From assembly GCA_963711305.1 (NCBI GenBank), contig CAVQDT010000008.1, positions 512,446-576,445 of the forward strand: a stretch of DNA of 64,000 bases, in the 5' to 3' direction. The translations under genes and the position numbers were made by a program. Of the stretch, positions 22,791 through 34,500 are shown in pieces; position 1 is the first letter of the stretch, and every line of letters starts with the position of its first letter. Source of the DNA: an uncultured Pseudomonadota bacterium (GTDB taxonomy: Bacteria; Myxococcota_A; Polyangia; Fen-1088). The notes under the pieces were generated by a model. That model made no database searches and was not told where the DNA came from. It saw only the letters and a program-made list of their open reading frames with translations.

Positions 22791-23315
22791 TCAGTCGGCC
22801 TGGGGATCAAGCGCCGGCATCGCGGTGCGGCCCAGGCAGTCGGTGCACAGCGGAACGCAGGCGGCCCGCGGATCGCGGCGCACGTCCTCGGTGGTCTCGC
22901 ACGCGACGCACTTGTCCGCTTCTTGCGGCTCGTCGTCGGTGAGGCCAGCCGAGGTCAGCGCCTCCATCGTGATCATCCCGACCAGGAACGCGCCGGTGAC
23001 GACCGGCAGACAGCCGATGTCGTTCTCGGCCATGATCTCGACCGCGTCTTGCAGCGTGGTGTCCGGCCCCACGCAGAGCACCGGCGAGCTCATGCACTCG
23101 CCGACCAGCGCGTCGCGCGCCGCGGTGCGGAGATCCTCGCCGCAGACGATGCCGGTGAGCGTGCCGTTGTCGAGCACCAGCAGATGGTCGATGCCGTTCT
23201 CACGCGCCAGACGCTTCGCGGAAGCCACGACCGTATCCGGCGTCAGCGTGTAGAGCTCCGTACCCATGATCTCGGCGACGCAACACGAGCCAACGTCTTC
23301 AGACGTGAGGTCCAT
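22791..23315 (-). CDS. CBS-pair domain protein with Cys-rich C-terminal tail
   Basis: Starts at MDLTSEDV after AGGAGGGGG. It has two CBS-like units (TLTPDTVVASAKRLARENGIDHLLVLD and VGPDTTLQDAVEIMAENDIGCLPVV). The tail is CVACETTEDVRRDPRAACVPLCTDC. Intact. Confidence 0.75.
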   Translation of the reverse strand: MDLTSEDVGSCCVAEIMGTELYTLTPDTVVASAKRLARENGIDHLLVLDNGTLTGIVCGEDLRTAARDALVGECMSSPVLCVGPDTTLQDAVEIMAENDIGCLPVVTGAFLVGMITMEALTSAGLTDDEPQEADKCVACETTEDVRRDPRAACVPLCTDCLGRTAMPALDPQAD

Positions 23316-23968
23316 CAGGCACCCCCTCCTGGAACTATGTATCGGCACGTTTGGAAAAAAAGCGGAGTGAGACAACCACCCCTACTTTTTTTGCGTTCCG
23401 GCGGTCGGCTCCCCGGTTTCGAGGCCAACCGCTATCCGCCGCGTCCCGAGCGTTCCTGAACCCGATCGAGATCAATCCTCGTGCCACGTCGCAAAGCGGC
23501 TAACGCCCAGTGTTCGACGCAGAGCAGTCGGCCCGCCGGAGAATCACGTAACTGGGCGGCGTGCGCCGTTACGAGCCAGTCATCGAAGTTGCAGGAACCA
23601 CGTGACCCTACCGCGACCCATAGCGAGTCCTGAGGCGGACGTGACGCGCACGGATGCGTTACGCCCCACAGCAAGGGATCGGCCGCGATTCGGCTGAGCT
23701 GTTACCGACCGGGAACCAGTTCCGTAACGACCTGCGCCTAAGTCGGCGTTTCGGTTGAGTGCCGTCGCCAATGGCGGGCTGGCACGCGTTTGGTATCGCA
23801 AGCCGATGAAAAATGAGCTCGCCTAGTTAGAAACAGCGCCCCGGCGCTGTCCTCGTCGAGGGGGAACGGGGCGGGGGAGAGGGAAGCCGGGGCGCTGTTG
23901 GATCCACGTGATAGTCGAATGCGGCCGGATCCATTGAAGACGGTATGGAGAGCTCGCGCGGAGGCCCA
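23316..23968. other. 650-bp lower-GC spacer without a convincing ORF; candidate regulatory or ncRNA region
   Basis: Only short, codon-bias-poor ORFs are present. It has A7 and T7 runs, which are unusual in this genome. There are several inverted repeats, including a 13-bp perfect pair AACAGCGCCCCGG / CCGGGGCGCTGTT (about 23838 and 23887). Two TGGCACG heptamers point outward. Confidence 0.5.
23471..23486 (-). promoter_or_regulatory. Sigma-54-like -24/-12 element facing the CBS gene (weak -12)
   Basis: The minus strand reads TGGCACG-AGGA-TTGAT against the consensus TGGCACG-N4-TTGCW. The -24 half is perfect, but the -12 has A instead of the conserved C. It lies about 155 nt upstream of the CBS start. 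Confidence 0.3.
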
Positions 23969-24163
23969 ATGTTCAAATCGAAATCGACCGATACCGAGCC
24001 GCTGCTCCTCGATCTCACGTTGCACCCGCCAGCGCCGCCGCTGGCCCAGGTCATCGAGGGCCTGCACTGCTTCGTCGAAACCGAGGAGCTACGCCGTCTG
24101 CTTTGCCTGATGGCGGGCACCGAGCTGCTCAGCGAGCTCTGTCGAAGCTTGCGCGCGCTCTGA
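23969..24163 (+). CDS. Small hypothetical protein (64 aa)
   Basis: ATG 23969 is preceded by GGAGG 5 nt upstream. GC3 is high. The sequence is MFKSKSTDTEPLLLDLTLHPPAPPLAQVIEGLHCFVETEELRRLLCLMAGTELLSELCRSLRAL. I recognise no family. Confidence 0.4.
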   Translation: MFKSKSTDTEPLLLDLTLHPPAPPLAQVIEGLHCFVETEELRRLLCLMAGTELLSELCRSLRAL

Positions 24164-24179
24164 AGCCGGGTTGGGCGTA

Positions 24180-24194
24180 GGCGGGTCTCCCGCC
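24180..24194. terminator. Short hairpin between convergent genes
   Basis: GGCGGG-TCT-CCCGCC lies between the small-ORF stop (24163) and the kinase stop (24214). There is no clear U-tract. Confidence 0.25.
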
Positions 24195-24213
24195 GGAGCC
24201 CGTCGCGGAAGGT

Positions 24214-26262
<2,049 letters not shown>

Positions 26263-26487
26263 AACCTTCCGACCGTCGGAGGTCGTAGCCGTCAGACCCT
26301 ATCGTCAGAAGCGGGCATGGAGACAAGGCTTTCTATCGACGGGCCCCGGCCGGATGCGCCCGACGCGGCGCCAGAGGTAACGTGAACACGTTAGCATGCG
26401 ACAACCTCTTGATAACCGCTGATTTGCACGCCATCATGGCAAGGTGACGCTTACTGGCCAGGGGCCCCGGGGACAGAGGTACTAGGC

Positions 26488-26865
26488 ATGGGCAGCAAGA
26501 CGGTGCTCCTCGTCGAGGATGATCTCGAGATTCGAGACATCCTGCAGGACGTCCTCGAGGCCGACGGGTTCGATGTTTTTCCCGCGAGCAATGGCAAGCA
26601 GGCGCTCGATTTTTTGAATCTCAACCAACCGCAGAAGGCGGACCTGGTCATTCTCGACCTGATGATGCCGATGGTATCGGGCTGGCAGGTGATGGAGCAG
26701 ATGCACCAGGATCCGCGCCTTTCGCAGATTCCGATCCTGGTGTTGAGCGCGGTCGCGCGTGACAAACCCGAGGGCGCGGCCGCGTTCTTGCGCAAGCCGT
26801 TCAACATCGATGCGTTCTGCGACGCTGTTCGCGATCATTTTTCGCGCGCGGAAGCTTCGGGCTAG
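26488..26865 (+). CDS. Stand-alone response regulator receiver (CheY-like)
   Basis: 125 aa: VLLVEDDLEIRD...DLVILDLMMP...ILVLSA...KPF. There is no output domain. Confidence 0.9.
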   Translation: MGSKTVLLVEDDLEIRDILQDVLEADGFDVFPASNGKQALDFLNLNQPQKADLVILDLMMPMVSGWQVMEQMHQDPRLSQIPILVLSAVARDKPEGAAAFLRKPFNIDAFCDAVRDHFSRAEASG

Positions 26866-27096
26866 CGGCGCGCGCGCTCGTCGCGCAATTCCTGTGCTTG
26901 CCGATCCTGCGTTGCTTGCGAGACAAGCGCACGGCGTTCGTGATACGGAAACGGCTGTATTTGCGGGTAGCGGGTAGGAGGTGCGCGGTGCTGGCGTGCG
27001 AATCCCGCAATCAGCACTTTGACTCCTTGACAATAGGGTCCAGTTTGTAGAAACGTAGAAAGGAAATCCGAGGGGGGCGGGTGGGAGAGGTATGCC

Positions 27097-28310
27097 TTGT
27101 GGCTCCTGAGGAACGGTGAACGGACGGCCCCGGATTTCAGAGCGCTTTTCGAAGCGACCCGGACGCCGTGCCTGGCATTCGGTCTGCCAGAGCTCACGGC
27201 GCTGGCGGCGAACGCCTCTTTTCTGCGCGCGACCGGGCTGACCGAAGCAGACGTGGTCTGGGCGCGATCTGTGCGAGCTCTTCGCCGCCCCTTCCAGCGG
27301 CGGGACGTCGGAGGTGGCGGCGCGCCTGCGCGGCGCCCTCGACCGCGCACTGTCGTCGCACGCTCCCGATGTGATGGCGATCGAGCTCGGCGGCCGATAC
27401 TTGAGGCGAGGCAGCCCTGCGGACGCGGGGTCCGAGCCAACGTCAATGGACCGCGACGACGACGCCGGTCAACGGGGCTGACGGCAAGGTCGCGTTCGTC
27501 GTTCAATCGTTCGAAGACATCACGCCGGTAACGCTCGCCCAGCAGGGCCTGGCTGCAGCCACCGCGGCGCGCGACGACGCGCAGCGCACGAGCCAGCTCA
27601 AGACCCGTTTTCTCGGGATGATCTCGCACGAGCTGCGCACGCCGCTGACCGCGCTCTGCCTGCAGGTCGAGCGCATGCAGCGCAACGGCGCCGACCTCGA
27701 CGACCGCCACCAGGAGTCGCTGGAGCGCATCGCGTTCTCGGCCGGGCGCCTGCGCGAGATGATCGAGACCCTGCTCGAGTACGCGCGCATCGAGGGCGGG
27801 CACGTCGTGGTCAACGCCACGCGCTTCGACCTCGGCGACAGCGTGCAGAAGACGGTCGACTACCACCGCGACGAGGCCGAGCAACGCGGTCTGGATCTAC
27901 GCTGCTCGGCGGCCGAGAAGCCGGCGCTGGTGTCCACCGATCGGCGCCTGGTCGAGCTGGTGCTGTCGAACCTGATCGACAACGCGATCAAGTTCACCAG
28001 CGCCGGACGCGTCGACATCACGCTGGGACAATCGGCGGACGGCGCTCATCGGGTCGCGGTGTCCGACTCCGGCCCGGGCATCCCCGAAGCCCAGCAAAAG
28101 CGGATCTTCGAACCCTTCGAGCAACTCGATTCGCCGTTGCGCAAGCAGCGGTTGGGAGGCATCGGTCTCGGGTTGGCGCTGGTGCGTGACATCGCCGGCG
28201 CGCTCGGTGGGCACATCGAGCTGGTCTCGAGGCCCCACGAGGGGAGCACCTTCACGTTCGTCCTTCCTCCGGAGCGCCAAGGGCGCCGGCGCGGAGCCAG
28301 GAAGGACTGA
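27097..28310 (+). pseudogene. PAS-HisKA-HATPase sensor histidine kinase, at least 2 frame changes as sequenced; start uncertain (TTG)
   Basis: The PAS-like N-terminus FRALFEATRTPCLAFGLPELTALAANASFLRATGL is in frame 1. GRDLCELF...VMAIELGGRY is in frame 2. WTATTTPVNGADGKVAFVVQSFEDIT and the H-box FLGMISHELRTPL plus N/G boxes (SNLIDNAIKFT, DSGPGIP, GIGLGLALV) are in frame 0. Confidence 0.8.
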
Positions 28311-28311
28311 C

Positions 28312-28675
28312 GTGCCGACAATTCTGATCGTGGATGACGACCTCGATATTCGTCGAGAGGTCAGCGAGATCTTGCGCGAAGAGGGATTCGACGTGCTGGA
28401 TGGCGAGCGGCGGCGCGGAAGCGCTGCGGATCCTGGCCACGTCGGCGCGGCCGGCGGTGATCCTGCTCGACCTCGTGATGCCGCGCACCGACGGCTGGGA
28501 GTTCAGGCGCGCTCAGCTCGCCGACCCGCGGCTGGCCTCGATCCCCGTGCTGGTCTTCTCGAGCTTCGACAGCGGTCCCCGCGACGTCGCGGATCTCCGC
28601 GCCGCCGGGTTCGTCGCAAAGCCGTTCACGATCGCCCAGCTTCTGGATGCGATCGAACGGTTTCGGCAGGCCTGA
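28312..28675 (+). pseudogene. Stand-alone response regulator receiver, 1 frame change as sequenced
   Basis: GTG 28312 opens VPTILIVDDDLDIRREVSEILREEGFDVLD in frame 1. ASGGAEALRIL...VILLDLVMPRTDGWEF...VLVFSS...KPF is in frame 2. An extra G near 28400 explains the break. Confidence 0.8.
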
Positions 28676-28701
28676 TTTTTTCGGCCGCTTCGCCCCTCGG
28701 C

Positions 28702-28890
28702 TCAGCGACGCGCGCTGCGCGGGATCTCGCCGAGCCATCGCAACCGCAGCCGCTCCATGAACGGCAAGTGGCGGGTCTCGACCTTCGGAAATCCGGTCAC
28801 CGGCAGATCTGTCCGCTCGGACAGGCGGGGCGCGCCCGCGGAGGAGAATGTTTGCTCGTCGAGCTCGACGGCCGATCTGTCTTCATTCAT
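28702..28890 (-). CDS. Small hypothetical protein (62 aa)
   Basis: ATG 28890 is preceded by AGGAG at 7 nt. GC3 is about 80%. The sequence begins MNEDRSAVELDEQTFSSAGAPRLSERTDLPVTGFPKVETRHLPFMERLRLRWLGEIP. No family recognised. Confidence 0.35.
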   Translation of the reverse strand: MNEDRSAVELDEQTFSSAGAPRLSERTDLPVTGFPKVETRHLPFMERLRLRWLGEIPRSARR

Positions 28891-29049
28891 CGCCAACTCC
28901 TGCTCTTTTGTTGCGACTACTAGGAACGCCGGCGCCGATCCCCCATAACCCGGCACCGGCACCAGCGTGCGCCAGTTGCAGACGTAACGCAAGAGTCGCG
29001 AGCTGGCCGCACATCCACGAAGATGTGCGGCCAGGATCAGGCAGCGCGG

Positions 29050-29539
29050 TCAGGCAGCTGCGAGCGCCGGCACCGTGAGCCAGGCGTGGGCCGGTTTGGT
29101 CGGCTCGCCCTCGCGGGGCGCGAACGGGACCACGTTCGAGAGCAGCTGGGTCCAGTCCGGGCCGAAGTCGGCCTTCTCCGCCTGGAACGAGAGCAGGAAC
29201 AGGGCGCTGTGCTCGTTGAGCGTCTCGAGCTGCACCTGCAGCGGATGCTCGCCCGGCGGCGCCCGTGAACTCGCCCTGGACCTGGTAGACGCCCTTGCCC
29301 ACCGGAGAGGCGTTGCGGCCGCGGAACGAGAACAGCGGCGCGTCGGTGGCGCGGTCCGAATCCCCGGCCACGCTGGTAGCATCGATCGCGAGGCGCACCT
29401 GCAGCTGATCCAGGTCGGGGCCCATGAGGACGCCCGACTCCCAATCCACGAAGCGCCCGGTCAGCATCAGGCCGTTGCCGGTGATGTCGAGATCGATGCC
29501 GGACCCGAGGCGCGGTTCGTCGTGCGTTTGGTTTTCCAT
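29050..29539 (-). pseudogene. YceI-like (polyisoprenoid-binding) domain protein, 1 frame change as sequenced
   Basis: MENQTHDEPRLGSGIDLDITGNGLMLTGRFVDW...LAIDATSVAGD...YQVQGEFTG is in one frame. PPGEHPLQVQLETLNEHSALFLLSFQAEKADFG is in the next (ORF 29050-29382). My family assignment is moderate. Confidence 0.5.
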
Positions 29540-29675
29540 TTGCCTCTCAAGTACGCACCGCGAGCTCACCGTCTAGTCAGCGCGAGCTCGACCACAGCGA
29601 AACCGTGTGTTTTCGCGGTTTCTTGACGGTCGGTGGGCTGTGCTTACTTCCCGGGCGTGGAAACGCAGCACGAAA

Positions 29676-30113
29676 ATGATGCGAACGCTGATCCTCTACG
29701 CCTGCAGCGCGTGCGGTGCCAAGAACCGGATCGCCGCGACGCGCGTCACCGACGATCCGCAGTGCGGCCGCTGCCACCAGAAGATCTTTCCCCGGCGCAC
29801 GGTCGCGATCACCGACGACACCTGGCAGCGCGAGGTCGAGCAGAGCCCGATCCCGGTGCTGGTCGACTTCTGGGCGCCGTGGTGCGGGCCCTGTCGTGTG
29901 GTCGGGCCGATCCTGGATGAGCTGGCGCGCGAGCGGGGCGGCAAGCTGAAGATCGCGAAGCTCAACGTCGACGACAACCCGCGCGCGTCGGCGCGCTTTG
30001 GCGTGCAGGCGATCCCGACGATGATCCTCTTCCGCGGCGGCCGCGAGCTGGATCAGATCCGCGGCGCCGTCCCCAAGCAGGCGCTCGAGGGACGGCTCGC
30101 GAAGTTTCTCTAG
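29676..30113 (+). CDS. trxC: Thioredoxin 2-type thioredoxin with N-terminal zinc-finger
   Basis: The N-terminal finger is MMRTLILYACSACGAKNRI...CGRCH (CxxC x2). The thioredoxin fold has the WCGPC active site. Confidence 0.85.
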   Translation: MMRTLILYACSACGAKNRIAATRVTDDPQCGRCHQKIFPRRTVAITDDTWQREVEQSPIPVLVDFWAPWCGPCRVVGPILDELARERGGKLKIAKLNVDDNPRASARFGVQAIPTMILFRGGRELDQIRGAVPKQALEGRLAKFL

Positions 30114-30136
30114 CCCGCGCCCAAAGCGCTGGCGTC

Positions 30137-31368
30137 TTACGGGACCACGGCTTCGAACGCGCTGGCCGGCACCTTCTTGAGGTCGTTGATCTCGGTGTCC
30201 GACCAGCTGGCGTTCTGCTCGCTCTGGAAGAAGAGCGTGCTCGAGCTGCCGCCGTTGTCGGCGAGGATCAGACCGTACTTCTTGAACGCCGTCAGGAAGA
30301 CCTTCGCCGTCGGCGAGTAGCTGCTGATGTCGAAGCTGGCCTTGAGGCGGATGCGGAGGCCCATCGGCGGCGCGTTGGAGTTGCCGGCGCAGCCGCCCGG
30401 CACCGCTTCGTGCGTCGCGGGCGGCACCGTGCTGGCGGAGGTGCAGGGGAGCGTGAAACGGATCGCGTGGTTGATCGCGCCCGCCTGGTACTCCGAGTAG
30501 CGCGCGAGCCCGGCGTAGATCGGCAGCCCGGCCGCATCGGCCGAGGTCCAGCCGTCCGGCCGCTGTCCCTGGCTCTTCTTGGTCAGGTCCCAGTGCGCGC
30601 CGTTGCCGCAGGTCCAGCCGCTGCTGTAGCTGGCAAACGTAGCCTTCGTAGAGCTGGCAGGTGCCGAGCTGGACCGTGAGCAGGTGGCAGTCGCCGTTGC
30701 AGGTGGTCGGCGTACCGCCCTCGATGATCGCCGTGGCCGCAGAGGGGAAGGGATAGGGCCCGGGGTCGCTCTCGTCGGCGAACTGGTCGAACTTGATCGG
30801 CAGCAGCGGCTGCGTCGCCGGCACGGTGTTGATCGGGATGCCGAAGTCGCTGCCGAAGTCGGGGTGGATGTTCACCGCGCCGAGCAGCGCCTGCATCTTC
30901 GTGGTGTTGGTCGTGTCGACCGTCTTGCCGGACACGTCGGCGTTCCAGGCGTCGTCGGGCGTGAACAGCGGACAGGTTCCCGGCACGCCGCCGGTGCTGC
31001 CGGTCATGCCGCCCGAGCCGCCGGTCGTGCCGCCGGTGCCGCCGGACGTGCCGCCGGTGCCTCGACCGCCAGTGCCGGTCATTCCGCCTGCGCCTCTGCC
31101 GCCCGTGCCGGTCGTACCGCCGGTGCCACCGGGCTTGCCGCCCAGCGCCGCCAGTCGTCCCGGCCGCGCCGCCGGTGCCACCGGACGTGCCACCGCTCCG
31201 GCGTGACCGCCGGTGCTACCGCCACTGGAGCCGCCGGTTGCGGACGCCGCCGCCACCGCCTTCGGTTCCAACCGTACCGGCACAGCCGAGCCACGCCAAG
31301 CAAGCCGCGCTGGCGAAGAACAGACCCGCGCGGCTGAGGTCGCTTCGGAACTTTCCTTGATACTGCAT
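30137..31368 (-). pseudogene. Secreted lipoprotein with Gly/Thr-rich linker and C-terminal domain of unknown function, at least 2 frame changes as sequenced
   Basis: The start is MQYQGKFRSDLSRAGLFFASAACLAWLGCAG (lipobox LGC), followed by (TGG)n-type linkers. The domain begins CPLFTPDDAWNADVSGK...HPDFGSDFGIPINTV...CNGDCHLLTV. After a shift near 30650 it continues YSSGWTCGNGAHWDL...AINHAIRFTLP...GLILADNGGSSS to the stop at 30137. Confidence 0.55.
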
Positions 31369-31549
31369 GGGTTGACCATCGTACTCCGGCCCAAAAACTG
31401 AAAGAAAGTGCCTAAATCTGGCTGAGTTTGCGATTTATGCGGTCGAGCTTCGCGCCGCGGAGCGCGGTCCTACTTCGACTCAGCTTAGACGCGCGCGCCC
31501 TTTGGTGCGCGCGAGCACGTGTCGTTGAACAACGACTGAGAGCGGCAAT

Positions 31550-34500
31550 TCACGCTGCGGTGAGCGTGACCAGCAATTGGCCTGGAATCACCTGCGCTCC
31601 CGGCGCGCAGTGCACGCCGAGGACCGTTCCGTCGCTGGGCGCGGCGACCGGCGTTTCCATCTTCATGGTTTCGAGCACGGCGACGCGGTCACCGGCGCGC
31701 ACGCGATCGCCCGGGCTTCACCAGCATCTGCCAGACGCTTCCGGGAACCTCGGCGCGCACCGGCGTCGCGCCCGCGGGCAACGCCTCGGCGCCGGCCTCG
31801 GCAGTGTCGGATGATCCGGCAGAATCACTCGGCGGCTCGGGTGGTGGCGGCATCGCCGCCCAGCGTTCGCGCTCTGCCTCGAACGCCGCTTGCTGGCGCC
31901 GCTTGAACGCGTCGATCGACGTCGCGTGGTCGCGCAGGAACGCGCGGTAGTCGGCGAGTGCGGAACGTCGTCTCTTCGATCTCGAGGCGCGCCTGGCCGC
32001 GCGGGAACGCGTCGCGGAAGTCGAGCAGCTCCTGCTCGCTGACCGGGTAGAAGCGAATCTGATCGAAGAAGCGCAGCAGCCAGCGCGTCGCGCCGGGGAA
32101 GTCGGCGGTCTCGTGAAAGCGGTTCCACATCTGGCAGGTGCGTCCCACGAACTGGTAACCGCCGGGACCTTCCATGCCGTAGACGCACAGGTAAGCGCCG
32201 CCGATGCCGACGGCGTTCTCGGGCGTCCAGGTGCGCGCGGGGTTGTACTTGGTCGTGACCAGGCGATGGCGCGGATCGATCGGCGTCGCGACCGGCGCGC
32301 CGAGATAGACGTCGCCGAGGCCCAGCACCAGGTAGCGCGCGGCGAAGACGATGTCGCGCACCTCTTCGATGCTGCCCAAGCCCGTTGATGCGGCGGATGA
32401 ACTCGATGTTGCTGGGGCACCAGGGCGCGTCGGGGCGCACCGACTGCATGTACTTGGCGATCGCGAGCTGCGTCGACGGATCGTTCCACGACAGCGGCAG
32501 GTGCACGATGCGCGACGGCACCTCGATGTCGCCGGCGGGTGGCAGCGCCGCCTCGGCCTCGGCGAGGATCTCCAGCAGCCGCTCGCGCGGCAGGCGCGCG
32601 TCGTCGTAGTGGATCTGCAGCGAGCGGATCCCCGGCGTCAGATCGATCACGCCCGACAGCTGGCGCTGCGCGAGCGCCTGTTGCAGCGCGTGCACGCGGA
32701 AACGCAGCTCGAGATCCAGCACCATCGGCCCGTACTCGACCAGCAAATTCGCGTCGCCGTCCTGGCGGATGGTCAGCGCGGGGCGCTCGCCGTCGGCCGG
32801 CGTCTGGCGCAGGATCGCGCCCGCGCTGTCGGCGCTCTTGATCGGCAGCGGGAACGTCGCGCGCCGCGGGCGCGTGTCGGCGGAGTCGCGGGTCTCGAGC
32901 GTCGCGAGCGCGCTCTGCTGCGCGGCCAGCAGCGCGCGCGCCTCGTCGAGCGTGACCGCGCGGAAGCGAACCCGATCGCCGGCCTTGAGCTGGCCCATCT
33001 TCCACAGCTCGGCGGCGACGATCGTGGCGGGGCAGACGAAGCCGCCCAGGCTGGGGCCGTCGGGCCCCAGGATCACCGGCATGTCGCCGGTGTAGTCGAC
33101 GGTGCCGATCGCGTACGCGGTGTCGTGAATGTTCGACGGGTGCAGCCCCGCCTCGCCGCCGTCGCGCCGCGCCCACGCCGGCTTGGGGCCGATGAGGCGC
33201 ACGCCGGTGCGGCTGGAGTTGTAGTGCACGCGCCACTCGGTCGCGAAGAAGACCTCGATGTCGCCGGGCGTGAAGAAGTCGGGCGCGGCGTGCGGCCCGG
33301 GCAGCACCGCGATCTCCCAGCGATCGTTGAGCACCGGGATCAGCGCGGGCGCGAGCGCGCGCAGCTGTCCGTCGGCGTGGGCGTGGCCGTCCGGCGCGAT
33401 GTGCAGCACGTCGCCGGTGCGCAGCGCGCGCCCGCCGTGGCCGCCGAACAGACCGAGCGTGAATGTGGCGCGGCTGCCGAGATATTCGGGCACGTCGATG
33501 CCGCCGCGGATCGCGAGATAGGCGCGGCTGCCCGGCCCGCGCACGGTCTGCAGGCGCAGCACGCTGCCGGCGGCGACCGGGAACGCCTGCCAGCGCGGCG
33601 CGGGCGCGCCGTCGAGCAGTCGCGCCCATGTCGGCGCCGCCGAGCGCGACCAGCGCGTCGTGATGAAAGCGCAGCGTCGGCCCGACCAGCGTGCATTCGA
33701 TCCCGGCGGCCCCGTCGCGGTTGCCGACCAGCCGGTTGGCCAGCCGGAACGAGAGATCGTCCATCGGTCCCGACGGCGGCACGCCGACGTCCCAGTGCCC
33801 GAGGCGGCCCGGAAAGTCCTGCACCGTGGTCTGCGTGCCGCCCTCGACGACCTCGATCGTCGACGGCGTGTAGGCGAGCCCGTCGAGGAAGCGGGTGTGC
33901 ACGACGCCGGCGCGGAACTCGGGCGTGGCGATCACCTGGCGCAGGTAGGCGAGGTTGGTCTCGATGCCGTCGACGCGCGTGGCGTCGAGCGCCGCGGCCA
34001 GGCGCTGGCGCGCCTCCTCGCGCGTCGCGCCGCGCGCGATGATCTTGGCCAGCATCGGATCGTAGAACGGCGTCACCTCGGTGCCGCGCGCGATCCAGGT
34101 TTCGATTCGCGCGCCGTCGGCGGGGAAGACGACGTTCGAGAGCAGACCCGCGCACGGCTGGAACTGGCGCCGCGGATCCTCGGCGTAGAGCCGCGCCTCC
34201 ATCGCTGCGCCGCTCAGGTGTCGCGCCAGCGTATCGAGCGGCGGCAGCTCGCCGGCGGCCAGGCGCACCATCCACTCGATGAGATCGATCCCGGCGACCT
34301 CCTCGGTGACGCCGTGCTCGACCTGGATGCGCGTGTTGACCTCGAGGAAGTGGAACGCGCCGGAGTCGGCGTCGAGCACGAACTCGACGGTGCCGGCCGA
34401 CCGGTAGCGCGCGGCGCGTCCGAGCGCCGCCGCCGCGCTGGCCAGCGCGGCGCCGACGCCGGCTGGCAAGGTTGGGCGCGGGCGTCTCTTCGATCACCTT

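Noticed and set aside
23316-23968. tRNA, tmRNA, RNase P or SRP RNA in the non-coding island
   Set aside because: I found no T-loop-type GGTTCGA(A/T)TCC, no tmRNA tag-like reading frame, and no RNase P or SRP conserved blocks on either strand. A covariance-model scan is still needed.
26263-26487. Sigma-54 element TGGCAAGGTGACGCTT upstream of the first response regulator
   Set aside because: The GG to GC spacing is one base short of the invariant spacing, so I do not call it a promoter.
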